In this document: in pieces, positions 27,464 through 36,205 of the stretch
Numbering within the stretch: the stretch's first letter is position 1
Layout of the letters: the number at the start of each line of letters is the position of its first letter
DNA from: a virus
Taxonomy: Duplodnaviria; Caudoviricetes
Virus record (IMG/VR): IMGVR_UViG_3300033076_001140
Span: 1-42,784 of that record
DNA length: 42,784 nt
Direction: 5' to 3' (one strand)
Position numbers and translations under genes: made by a program
Notes under the pieces: generated by a model
Seen by the model: only the letters and a program-made list of their open reading frames with translations
Databases searched by the model: none
What the model was told of the DNA's origin: nothing

Positions 27464-28262
27464 CCTCTACGGGCCGACCCATGCGACGAAAACACTCGCA
27501 CGCCTTGGACTGGCCATCGTCGCCCTGTGGATTCTCTGCCTCGTTGGAATGGCGGCCCTCGGCGGGAGCGCCGCACGCGGCGAGGAGCCGCCGGCCAAGG
27601 CTGTCGAGAAGGCTTTCGACAAGGCCGCGGCGTGCAAGGTGGTTGACGATGCGTTCGCCAAGGCAGCTCGCAAGAACGCTCCCGCTCCCAAGCCGGCCGC
27701 GAAAGCCGTCGAGGACGCCTTTGAGGCGGCAAAGGCCAAGAAGCAACCCGACGCCAAAAATCCCGCGGCTCCCGAACGGCTTCCCATGCCCCGGCAAGTC
27801 ACGCTGAACGAGTGGTTCATCGACTGTCCGGCGGTGTGCGAGGAATGCAAGTGGGCCTGTGCCTGCGTCGATTGCGTTTGCCAGTCAACGCAGCCATCCG
27901 CGAAGCCGGCAGGCAATCCGGCGGACCGGTACGTGATGCGCGTCGTGGATACTTGGGCGGAGAAGCCGAAGGCCGCGACCGGCGGCATCATCCGGGTGTG
28001 GGCGACCTACGCGGACGGATCGCACGGGTGGGAGACGGTGGACACCGCGACCGGGCGGAGCGTGCAGTCGAGTAGTCAAGGAATCCTTGACGGTTGCCCC
28101 GTCGGCGGACAGTGCCGGAGCTCGCAGGTGAACTCTCCAATAATTTCGAACAGTTGCCCCGGCGGTCAGTGCCAGCCCGCGGCCCGGAGCACGCCGGCGG
28201 TGTGGACGGTGCGGCCGTCCGCCGTGCAGTCCTGCCCGGGCGGCAACTGCCCGAGGCGGTGA
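27447..28262 (+). CDS. Membrane/secreted Cys-rich protein with CPGG(Q/N)C repeats
   Basis: TM segment; KAVEKAF/KVVDDAF/KAVEDAF repeats; CPVGGQC, CPGGQC, CPGGNC. Confidence 0.65.
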   Translation: MRSESDLYGPTHATKTLARLGLAIVALWILCLVGMAALGGSAARGEEPPAKAVEKAFDKAAACKVVDDAFAKAARKNAPAPKPAAKAVEDAFEAAKAKKQPDAKNPAAPERLPMPRQVTLNEWFIDCPAVCEECKWACACVDCVCQSTQPSAKPAGNPADRYVMRVVDTWAEKPKAATGGIIRVWATYADGSHGWETVDTATGRSVQSSSQGILDGCPVGGQCRSSQVNSPIISNSCPGGQCQPAARSTPAVWTVRPSAVQSCPGGNCPRR

Positions 28263-28339
28263 GAAGGTTTGGCGACGTACTCCGAAGGTTTCTCCGCCAA
28301 ACCTTCGGACCCGCGCCCGCCGGAAATGAAAGGAGTTCC

Positions 28340-28846
28340 ATGCTGACCATCCTCTGCTTCCTGCTCGGCGTCTCGCCCTCCGACCTCGGCCGGCCCCGGT
28401 TCTACGACCGTGAATCTGCGACGGACCGCATCGCGGCCACCTGGCCCGCTTCCTTGCCCCTCCTGGCCGCCGGGACGCAGCACCCCGACCCGGAGGTCCG
28501 CTGGCGTTCCGAGCGGCTCCTGGCCCGTCTGTCGCCCTCGCTGGCCCGGTTCCGCAGCCTGCTCGATCCGGACGTGATCGCGGTCCTCACGACCTGCCCA
28601 GAGGATGCGACCATGCGGCGGTTCCGCCAGCCGGACAAGTTCATTCGGCTCTTGGACGCGGCGAGCATCTGCGGGTTGATCGACGGCGGCCTGTACATCC
28701 CCGAGAACGCCGAGGGCATCGTGTGGATCCTGGCCTGCCGCGCGGAAGCGGCCCGCCGTGGGCAGGACAAGCAGCTCGGCAGCACTTCGCCGCCGGTGAT
28801 GGCTTACGACAATCTCGGAGGCGGGCGCCGGAGGTGGGCGAAGTGA
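28340..28846 (+). CDS. Hypothetical protein with HEAT-like repeat
   Basis: AAGGAG RBS; LGRPRFYDRESAT..HPDPEVRWRSERLL. Confidence 0.6.
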   Translation: MLTILCFLLGVSPSDLGRPRFYDRESATDRIAATWPASLPLLAAGTQHPDPEVRWRSERLLARLSPSLARFRSLLDPDVIAVLTTCPEDATMRRFRQPDKFIRLLDAASICGLIDGGLYIPENAEGIVWILACRAEAARRGQDKQLGSTSPPVMAYDNLGGGRRRWAK

Positions 28847-28954
28847 TCCGCGCTGCCATCGCCTTGCCGTTCGGTCTCGCCGGCTTTGCCCTGTCCTACG
28901 TTGGCGGTTGGCTGGAGATGTTGGCGGACAGGATTCGAGGTGAGGAGGATCGGC

Positions 28955-29218
28955 ATGGGTGCAGTCTGTGACGACCCCGGATTCGGCAGGAAGCGGCAGC
29001 CGCAGGCAAAGGCCGATCCCGAACCACAGCCGAAGAAAAAGCCAACGCCAGTCTACAGACCGACGGACGCAGGTCTTCGCGCGTTCGGATTCCGGATCGC
29101 GAGCAGGCCGGAAGGATCGCCGCCAACGTGGAGGCGGGGAGACGAGGTCTACGGTCAGGCGGAGGCCCATCGGATCGCGTACACCGAATATACAAGGCTA
29201 CTCGGAATTGAGAGGTGA
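28955..29218 (+). CDS. Hypothetical protein
   Basis: GAGGAGG RBS. Confidence 0.55.
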   Translation: MGAVCDDPGFGRKRQPQAKADPEPQPKKKPTPVYRPTDAGLRAFGFRIASRPEGSPPTWRRGDEVYGQAEAHRIAYTEYTRLLGIER

Positions 29219-29221
29219 GGC

Positions 29222-29557
29222 GTGACGTTTCCATCGCTCTACCAATTCGAGGTCGATCCGTTCCCGTTGCCGGAGTTCCGACACGAAGAACGAGCAACCG
29301 TTCAAGAGACACTGGCTCGTTTGAAATTCCTTCGCGGCATTTGGGACCTGCCGAGTAACGTCGAGTGGCGGCGGGAAAACGAGCTGTTCGAGTTCGCCGA
29401 AAAGCAATCCGGGATAATTTTGGCAAACAGGAACGAAGCCGACCGCCCCATTGCGCAGACAGGCGAATGCAAGGCGGACGGCGGATGCGTTCTTGAGTTG
29501 CCGGACGACGACGACGAAGAGGACACGCCGCTGGTGGTGGATGGAGGCGAGGCGTGA
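29222..29557 (+). CDS. Hypothetical protein
   Basis: GAGGTG RBS; acidic tail. Confidence 0.5.
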   Translation: MTFPSLYQFEVDPFPLPEFRHEERATVQETLARLKFLRGIWDLPSNVEWRRENELFEFAEKQSGIILANRNEADRPIAQTGECKADGGCVLELPDDDDEEDTPLVVDGGEA

Positions 29558-29996
29558 AGCTGATCGAGTTCGCTTGGCTGCTGGCCTGCCTCGCCGCGTT
29601 CGCGGTGATCGTGGCCCGCTTAGCGTCGTAGGGCGAATGCCGGAACCGATGAGAACTCCGTTACGCCGGAGTGCAGCCCATAGATAGGGGGTGATCTATC
29701 TCGCCGGCCGGGGCGTCATCCGGCCAACATTGATGCGACCCCGCCATACGTCGGGCACTGTGCCTGGCGGGGGAAGAGCGAATCCGGGCCCGCCGTTTTG
29801 AGTCGGCGGCACCCCGGAGGGAAAAATGACAACGCCTCCATCACCACAACCATTCGGCCCGGGCAAATCGGGGTTGACTGCCCAACCATCTTGCGCCAGA
29901 ATCGCACCCGGTTGGACCCGATAACCGATGCGCTCTTGTCGCGATTGTTGGGTGGGAAATCAAGGAAACCCAAGAAAAACACGGTCCCGGCGTGGC

Positions 29997-30038
29997 CTTT
30001 TAATCCGTGGGTCGTGGGTTCGATTCCCACCGCTTCCA
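29997..30038 (+). other. attP core: 3' half of a tRNA-Lys(TTT) gene
   Basis: Anticodon loop CTTTTAA, T arm GTGGG-TTCGATT-CCCAC, acceptor 3' strand CGCTTCC-A; no 5' half; ~120 bp before the integrase. Confidence 0.85.
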
Positions 30039-30158
30039 TTCGCTCAAAAACGCAAGGAATCCTAGGGCGAAAGCCCGGTCCCCGCACGACGCGGGCGCGG
30101 TTCCGAAATGCCGGTTATTGGGTCCGGAGACCCAGTAATTCGGCATGGAGGCCGCATC

Positions 30159-31202
30159 GTGTCCCGACCCCGCAACGCCGTCCCGCCCCTTCGTTTCCAC
30201 TCGACCTCGGGCCAGTGGTACTACTTCACCGCCGGCCGCCGCCACCTGCTCGGCAAAGACAAGGCGGTCGCGGAGCATCGCCACCGCGCCGCCATGCTGG
30301 CCCGCGCTACGCGCGACGAGGCGAGCGCTACGCCGGACGTAGCGCCAAGCGGAATCACGATCGCCGAGGGGGCCGCCCTGTTCCTCCGATCCGAGGGCGA
30401 CCGCTGGCGGCAGCAGGAGTTCCACCGCAATTCCCTCGCCCTCACCTCCCTGTACGATTTGTTCCCCGGCCTGCCCGCCGAGGCCCTGCGCTTCGCCGAT
30501 CTCGAACGCTGGACCAAGGAGATGCTCCGCCGGCCTTCGATGCAGGACCCGAAAAAGACGCTCTCCCGCCAGTACGTGGCCAAGCTGCTCGGGTCGATCC
30601 GCCACTGTTGGAGATGGCTCGCCCTGCGGGACCGCGTTTCGGCCGAGGCGGCCGCACGGGTGACGCTGGCCGTGCGCGAGTGCAAGCGGATCGGGGGCCG
30701 GGAATCGCCGCCCCGAACGGCGGTCCCCGAGGAATCGGTGGCGGCAACGCTGGCCAAGCTGCGGTCGGACATCGCCGACATGCTGCGCGTCCAGCTCGCG
30801 ACCGGGATGCGGACGGGCGAGCTCCTGGCGATGCACGCCGACGAGATTCTGATCGGTGCCCGCTGGGTCTACGCGCCGAAGAAGCACAAGAACGCGTGGA
30901 GGGGGAAGCCGAAATACATCCTCCTGCCCGAGGCGATCCACGAGATCCTGCGGCCCCGCATGCGGCGCGGGAAGCTCTGGGAGATCGGCCCGTCCGGATA
31001 CTGGATCGCCCTGCGGAAAGCCTGCAAGGCGGCGGGGGTCGAACCGTGGCAACCGTACCAGCTCCGCCATGCCGCGGCGACCGAGGCCAGGATCATGTAC
31101 GGCGACGATGCGGCGGTCCGGATGCTCGGGCATGTCGGGAAGTCGCTGCTCGACAGGTACACCAGGTCGGCGGGCGAGATCGAGCGACGGCGGGCGGGGT
31201 GA
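30159..31202 (+). CDS. int: Tyrosine recombinase / integrase
   Basis: TGMRTGE (R), KHK, YQLRH, LGH, RY catalytic motifs; GGAGG before GTG 30159. Confidence 0.93.
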   Translation: MSRPRNAVPPLRFHSTSGQWYYFTAGRRHLLGKDKAVAEHRHRAAMLARATRDEASATPDVAPSGITIAEGAALFLRSEGDRWRQQEFHRNSLALTSLYDLFPGLPAEALRFADLERWTKEMLRRPSMQDPKKTLSRQYVAKLLGSIRHCWRWLALRDRVSAEAAARVTLAVRECKRIGGRESPPRTAVPEESVAATLAKLRSDIADMLRVQLATGMRTGELLAMHADEILIGARWVYAPKKHKNAWRGKPKYILLPEAIHEILRPRMRRGKLWEIGPSGYWIALRKACKAAGVEPWQPYQLRHAAATEARIMYGDDAAVRMLGHVGKSLLDRYTRSAGEIERRRAG

Positions 31203-31320
31203 AAATAGTTTGGAGCTAAGCTGATCGGCGTCCAACAATGTCCAATTCCGCCCGCAGCTATCCGGAAATCCCGGATAACTCAACCGCCCGCGATTGCCCA
31301 GGCCTGCCCCGCGCGGTGGA

Positions 31321-31752
31321 ATGGCGTTGAGTCTTCACCACGTCAAGGCACCAACGACCATGCCCCCGCTCAACCTCCACAAGGCCATGCTCTGGATCGC
31401 CCGCGAAATGGCGGTCGTCCTCGGCGGCCGTCGCACCGACAACATCACGGTCCGGGTCTACGATTCGGATCTCGACCTGAAGATCGAGGTGGCGAACGAG
31501 CGCGTCGCCACGGTCGAGCCGCCTTGGATCGAATACGTCCCCGCGCCCGATCCCCGCATCTCGCTCTACTGCGATGACCAACAGGAGATCATCAACGCCC
31601 TGAAGGCGGCCGGCGGCAAGGCGCTCCAGGTCCCGCAACTCGTCGAGGCCACGGGAATCGAGCGGTCGAAGTTGTCCACGCTGCTGAACAGCCTGAAGAA
31701 GCGCGGCGTGGTCGTGTCGGTCGAGCCGAACGGTTCCAAGCTGGCGATTTGA
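31321..31752 (+). CDS. Winged-helix DNA-binding protein
   Basis: C-terminal QQEIINALK..LVEATGIERSKLSTLLNSLKKRGVV. Confidence 0.65.
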   Translation: MALSLHHVKAPTTMPPLNLHKAMLWIAREMAVVLGGRRTDNITVRVYDSDLDLKIEVANERVATVEPPWIEYVPAPDPRISLYCDDQQEIINALKAAGGKALQVPQLVEATGIERSKLSTLLNSLKKRGVVVSVEPNGSKLAI

Positions 31753-31909
31753 TTCCCGCGCCCGACGCCCACCCGATCCCCGTCGGACTTCGCCCGTCAA
31801 GCCCAAGAAAACCCAAGGAAAACTTGCGCGCCCGGCCCATCGACATGTCGGTCGCGGATTGGTTTGGATTCGGTTTCGGATCGGATTCGGCCCCATCGAC
31901 AATGCCCGC

Positions 31910-32170
31910 ATGCAATCGCGGCTCCTGAAAACGAGCGACGTGGCCAGACGCCTCAACGTGTGCTGCCGGACGGCCGGAAGGCTGTGTGCCAGCGGGGCGC
32001 TCGAGGCTCTGCGGGTCGGCCACCTCTGGCGGGTCAGCGAGGAATCGCTGCGTGCCTACGAGGAGAGGTGCAGGCATCGTCCGGCGGTCGTTTCGCCGCC
32101 GTCGCATCGGCGCGAGGAGGAGGCCAAGCGGCTGGTGGAAATGATGATCGCGGAGAGGAGGAGGAAGTGA
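31910..32170 (+). CDS. xis: Excisionase-like HTH (MerR/HTH_17) protein
   Basis: LLKTSDVARRLNV..T..RL..SGAL.ALRVG.LWRV. Confidence 0.8.
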   Translation: MQSRLLKTSDVARRLNVCCRTAGRLCASGALEALRVGHLWRVSEESLRAYEERCRHRPAVVSPPSHRREEEAKRLVEMMIAERRRK

Positions 32171-32215
32171 TGGGAAACGGGTTATTCGCCGGCGGGGTCA
32201 TCGGTGGGCGCAGCG

Positions 32216-32467
32216 TCAGCCATTCCCGCCATCGGACGGGGTGGAGTCGGGGAGGTGGTCCGGCAAGTGATCGTAGAAGTCCTCGGTGGAGACGCCGAGG
32301 GCGTCTGCCAGCTTGCCGATGGTGTCACCATCCGGCTTGTTCTTCTCCGATTCGATCCGCCAAATGGTCGGCTGGGTGGAGCCGATCCTTTTCGCCAATT
32401 CAGTCGGCGAAAGGCCCTTCGATTCACGCACCGAACGCACCCGCGATCCTCGAAAGATGCGTGGCAC
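32216..32467 (-). CDS. XRE-family HTH repressor
   Basis: VRSVRESKGLSPTELAKRIGSTQPTIWRIESEKNKP..IGKLADALGVS; divergent from the early operon; start uncertain (frame open to 32515). Confidence 0.85.
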   Translation of the reverse strand: MPRIFRGSRVRSVRESKGLSPTELAKRIGSTQPTIWRIESEKNKPDGDTIGKLADALGVSTEDFYDHLPDHLPDSTPSDGGNG

Positions 32468-32519
32468 GAACAGGTTCCGTCGTTCGCGGACAAGTGCTGC
32501 CAATTCGACCCCCAAGAAA

Positions 32520-32561
32520 AATACAGAAATGTATTGACTAGCTAATACATAAGTGTATTAT
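32520..32561 (+). promoter_or_regulatory. Early promoter TTGACT-N16-TATTAT overlapped by two AATACA-N4-TGTATT operators
   Basis: Palindromes at 32520-32535 and 32544-32559 in an AT-rich divergent intergenic region. Confidence 0.8.
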
Positions 32562-32843
32562 TGCATCGTCCCTCCTGTTTAGCAAGCCGGGGGAACGAGG
32601 CCATCGGGGCCGCCAGTCAATCCTACCCGACCTCAAGGAGGAGCGTGGGACCAAACTGGCGGCTCCCGATGGCAAATGGGAAAAGCCATGCCGGATTTGC
32701 CTCTCCTAGGTTTTCCGGCAATTTCAGCGATTACACGGGCTTTGCGGCCCTTCCGGATTCTGCGGGTTCTCCCGCTCTTCGGTGCCTCTTGGGAGAGGCG
32801 GGCACCGACCGGAAGGGCCGCATGTTTTTGCGGGCGAAGGGCG

Positions 32844-33371
32844 ATGCGTACCATCCTGCTCGAAAACACGCGGACTTGGATCCCCATCGTTGGCGGCGAG
32901 CATGGCGGCGGGCTTTTCTATCCGTACGGCGACCTCGATCATGGGGATTCCTGCAACATCCCATCGCGTTCGGGCCATTACGTCTACCTCGGCGATGTGA
33001 TCCAGCATTTCCCTCGGCCGGTCCAGGAGAAGCAAAAGGCGATTGATCCCGAACGGCTGGCCCGATTGGCGGAAGCGCGGCGGAAGGTTGCCGAGGACTA
33101 TGCCCGCGAGAGCGGTTGGCCCGAGACATTGAAGCCGTCGCAGGTTGCGACGATGAACGCGCTCGCCACCGCCGCCGCCCCGATGCTGGCCTCCGAGTTC
33201 GAATCCAAGACGAAATCCAGCCCGATAACCGTCGCAAAAAACCTCCGCGAACTCTGCTCCCTCGGCCTTGCCCGCAAGGTTCGCGTCGGCCCATTGACCG
33301 CCTATGTCCTCGGCCTCGCCGCGATCCTGCTGATCCAGAAGAGGAGGAGCCATGCCTCGGCCAATCAGTGA
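32844..33371 (+). CDS. Hypothetical protein with C-terminal winged helix
   Basis: SPITVAKNLRELCSLGLARKV; start uncertain (frame open from 32676). Confidence 0.55.
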   Translation: MRTILLENTRTWIPIVGGEHGGGLFYPYGDLDHGDSCNIPSRSGHYVYLGDVIQHFPRPVQEKQKAIDPERLARLAEARRKVAEDYARESGWPETLKPSQVATMNALATAAAPMLASEFESKTKSSPITVAKNLRELCSLGLARKVRVGPLTAYVLGLAAILLIQKRRSHASANQ

Positions 33372-33837
33372 ATACCGCAAATCCGCCCCTCCGCCTTCCC
33401 GCGCCGCCCTTGCGGAGGTGCAGGAGGAACTGCAACTGGCGGTTTACGGTGGCATCAGCGAGCGGGACGTCACAGAGATCATGAAGTCGATGGTGGACAA
33501 GGCCAAGCGGGGCGACATCAAGGCCGCCCGACTGGTGCTGGACATTATCCGCCCGACGCATGCGCCCGCGCCGCTGATCCAGAACAATGTCGGCGTCGGC
33601 GTCAATGTGCCTGATTGCCAAACCAGGAAGCCGGGGCCCAAGCAAGTTTCGACGGCGGGCCAAGCGATCTTCGCGGTTTACAAATCGCTGCCCGATCAAG
33701 GCGAGGACGAACTGATCTCGCCGAAGCCCATGACAATCGAACTCGCCAGGAAGGAAGCCGACCGCTTGAACGCGGACGGAGGCGCGACGTACTACGTCGC
33801 CCAGCAATTGCGCGGCAATGCGGGCGACGAGGAATGA
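33352..33837 (+). CDS. Hypothetical protein
   Basis: GAGGAGG RBS; KAKRGDIKAARLVLD helical motif. Confidence 0.65.
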   Translation: MPRPISEYRKSAPPPSRAALAEVQEELQLAVYGGISERDVTEIMKSMVDKAKRGDIKAARLVLDIIRPTHAPAPLIQNNVGVGVNVPDCQTRKPGPKQVSTAGQAIFAVYKSLPDQGEDELISPKPMTIELARKEADRLNADGGATYYVAQQLRGNAGDEE

Positions 33838-33855
33838 CCCACCAAGGAGGGCACC

Positions 33856-34050
33856 ATGCTTGTGATCTCAAGGAAACCTTCGCAGCGGATCTTCATCGGC
33901 AAGGACATCTGCATCACGGTTGTCGAGATCAACCGCGGCAAGATCCGCCTGGGCATCGAGGCCCCGCGGGAAGTCGAAATCGTTCGGGAAGAAATCAAGC
34001 CAGCGAGGCCCACGGTGGACCCGCTGAAGCTCGGGCATGTGGACATGTGA
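33856..34050 (+). CDS. csrA: Carbon storage regulator CsrA/RsmA
   Basis: MLVISRKPSQRIFIG.DI.ITVVEI..GKIRLGIEAPREVEIVREEI. Confidence 0.93.
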   Translation: MLVISRKPSQRIFIGKDICITVVEINRGKIRLGIEAPREVEIVREEIKPARPTVDPLKLGHVDM

Positions 34051-34067
34051 GAGGAGAGGCGGATGTG

Positions 34068-34442
34068 ATGACGGACCTACGCGAATACGCGAGAGAGTGG
34101 GGCGATTTGACGCCGTCCAAGGCGTTGGATTGCGTCCTCGAAAACCTGCTGCAAGCGGAGTTTCCGCTGCGGGACGATTGCTGGGTCGTTTCGGTTTTCA
34201 TGAACAAGGACAACCCGCCCAGCATCGACGCACGGATCGGCACGACAGACACGGAATCCTACGTCTGGGCCAAGTGCCTGCACAACGTGACGCTGGGGCG
34301 GTTGATCAATCGCCACCGCGACCAGCTCGAAGCCATCTTCCGGGAGTCGTGGGCCTCCCATGTTTCGATCAAAGCGGCCGAGGCCGAACTGCCCGCGACC
34401 AAATCCGAGACCATTCAACCAGCGGCATTGGCCGCGCTTTAA
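34068..34442 (+). CDS. Hypothetical protein
   Basis: RBS; part of the early operon. Confidence 0.55.
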   Translation: MTDLREYAREWGDLTPSKALDCVLENLLQAEFPLRDDCWVVSVFMNKDNPPSIDARIGTTDTESYVWAKCLHNVTLGRLINRHRDQLEAIFRESWASHVSIKAAEAELPATKSETIQPAALAAL

Positions 34443-34456
34443 CGAAGGGGGAATCA

Positions 34457-34642
34457 ATGACGACTGCCAACAAGATCGAGTGGTTCCGAGACACGCTTCG
34501 CCTCGAACTGGAGCGGCTCGGCGAGTCCGATCCGAGGTTTCCGGAAAACGTGCGCCCGTTCCAGAAACTGGAAGTCGAATATCTGGCCAAGCAATTCGAC
34601 CGCCTTTTCCCGACCAAGGATCAAGGAAAGGTGACGGCATGA
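34457..34642 (+). CDS. Hypothetical protein
   Basis: RBS; coupled to the next gene. Confidence 0.55.
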   Translation: MTTANKIEWFRDTLRLELERLGESDPRFPENVRPFQKLEVEYLAKQFDRLFPTKDQGKVTA

Positions 34643-34917
34643 ACCCGGCCAACATCTACATCCCGCCATCGGCCCGCCAAGGAAGCAAGCGGGCCAACGC
34701 GATCATCGGCGAAGCGGCAGCCAGGATGGTCGAGCTGGTGCTGGACGGCATGGGCATCGACGCCGATGTCGATTGCACGGCGTTCAAGGATCACTTCACG
34801 CTCTCGGCTTTCGAGCGTGATTACACCGTTCGCTCGCACGAGTCCATCGACACCGAGGACGCCGCCCGCTGCTTCGCCTCGCGGGTGGAAGCGATGGGAA
34901 GGGCGGTGGCGGCGTGA
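34639..34917 (+). CDS. Hypothetical protein
   Basis: ATGA coupling. Confidence 0.55.
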   Translation: MNPANIYIPPSARQGSKRANAIIGEAAARMVELVLDGMGIDADVDCTAFKDHFTLSAFERDYTVRSHESIDTEDAARCFASRVEAMGRAVAA

Positions 34918-35342
34918 GGGACTACAAGGACTGGCACTACAACCCGACAGCCGGCTTCGTCTACAGCCCCGTTCCGCAAGGCGCGTGGGGATCGGACGAA
35001 GAGAGCAAACCGCACTACTGCGGCGGATACCTGATTTGCGAAAGCGTTGGCGGGAAAGAGATCGGCAACCTGATCACCGCCGCGCCTGACATGCGGAACC
35101 TGTTGACGGGCGAGCATTGGCTGGTTTGGTCCAACGAGCACGCCGCATGGTGGGGGCCGAACCGACGCCAATACTTCACCGAAATCGAATCGGCGGGGCG
35201 GTACACGCTTGAAGAAGCCATGAAAATTTGCGGGCTTCGAAGCCAGACCGGCGGCAACCCGACTGAACTGATTCAGCCAAGCCCGGAATGGATCGAGGGC
35301 CGCAAGGCCGCCATCGCCAAGGCGGAAGGCGGTGCCAAGTGA
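34914..35342 (+). CDS. Hypothetical phage protein
   Basis: YCGGYLICES, LITAAPDM, WSNEHAAWW, AAIAKAEG motifs. Confidence 0.7.
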   Translation: MRDYKDWHYNPTAGFVYSPVPQGAWGSDEESKPHYCGGYLICESVGGKEIGNLITAAPDMRNLLTGEHWLVWSNEHAAWWGPNRRQYFTEIESAGRYTLEEAMKICGLRSQTGGNPTELIQPSPEWIEGRKAAIAKAEGGAK

Positions 35343-36205
35343 AATGGCAACGTCCCCGCTGGGAATTCCTGGGCGCGTCCGACACGCCTTGCCTCTTCGG
35401 CGAAGGCTTCAAGTCGGTCGAGGACTTGTGGCGAGAGAAGGTCGAACGCCACGAGGAGCGGCCGGCCACCGGTCGATTGCTTCGCGGCCTCGCGCTGGAG
35501 CCGACGCTCTCCACGATGTACACCGAGGCGACCGGCGTCGAACTGTCCGAGCCGGAGTGGCTGCTGGACAAGCGGACCGGGTTCCTCGCCGCCACGCCCG
35601 ACCGCAACCGGATGGAAGACGGGGCCCCGGTCGAGCTAAAGACCATCGACTACTACGGCGACGAATACGGCGAGAACGGATCGGACGCCGTGCCGCTGCG
35701 GTTCCTGATCCAAGTTACCCAACAGTGTGCGCTGTCCAAGGCCCTCTTCGCCGATGTCGCCTGCCTCGGCGTGTGCGAGTGGGACTTCCGCGTCTTCCGG
35801 GTGATGTTCAACCCGACCCTTTGGGAACTGATCGTCGAAGCGGCGAAGGAGTTCTGGGCCTGCGTCAAGGCCGGCCAGCCTCTGCCCTCCGGGTTCGCCG
35901 AGCGTTGGGGCGGCGAGGTCGGGGCCACCATCCCAGCCGCTGGCAAGGGGATCGACCTGGGCGACGACTTTGAGGAAATCGTGGCCAAGCGTCAGCAGCT
36001 TTCGCTGATCCGCAAGGAAGCCGAAGAGGCATACGAGGCGGCCACCAAGGAAATCAAGGCGAGGATGGGCGACGCCCAAGTTGGAATCGCCGGCCGCTTT
36101 CAAGTCAAGCAATCGTGGGTTTCTCCTTCGACGTTCACCGTTGAACGCAAGGGATTTTCCGGCATCCGAATCACCGAAATCAAAGCGAAAGGACGGAGGA
36201 AATGA
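35339..36205 (+). CDS. YqaJ-like viral recombinase exonuclease
   Basis: LGASD, LAATPDR, VELKT, Q..QQ motifs; adjacent to RecT. Confidence 0.88.
   Translation: MKWQRPRWEFLGASDTPCLFGEGFKSVEDLWREKVERHEERPATGRLLRGLALEPTLSTMYTEATGVELSEPEWLLDKRTGFLAATPDRNRMEDGAPVELKTIDYYGDEYGENGSDAVPLRFLIQVTQQCALSKALFADVACLGVCEWDFRVFRVMFNPTLWELIVEAAKEFWACVKAGQPLPSGFAERWGGEVGATIPAAGKGIDLGDDFEEIVAKRQQLSLIRKEAEEAYEAATKEIKARMGDAQVGIAGRFQVKQSWVSPSTFTVERKGFSGIRITEIKAKGRRK

Noticed and set aside
29960-30040. Complete tRNA-Lys gene
   Set aside because: No 5' acceptor strand (GGAAGCG) or D arm upstream; only the 3' half is present, so it is called attP
31201-31211. Fifth late-promoter copy (GAAAATAGTTT) at the integrase stop
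   Set aside because: Only AATAGTT matches; it lacks GCG and the upstream TTCA box at 13 nt
33352-33837. Second terminase small subunit
   Set aside because: The KAKRGDIKAARLVLD helix is reminiscent, but the gene is in the early operon and a better candidate adjoins terL
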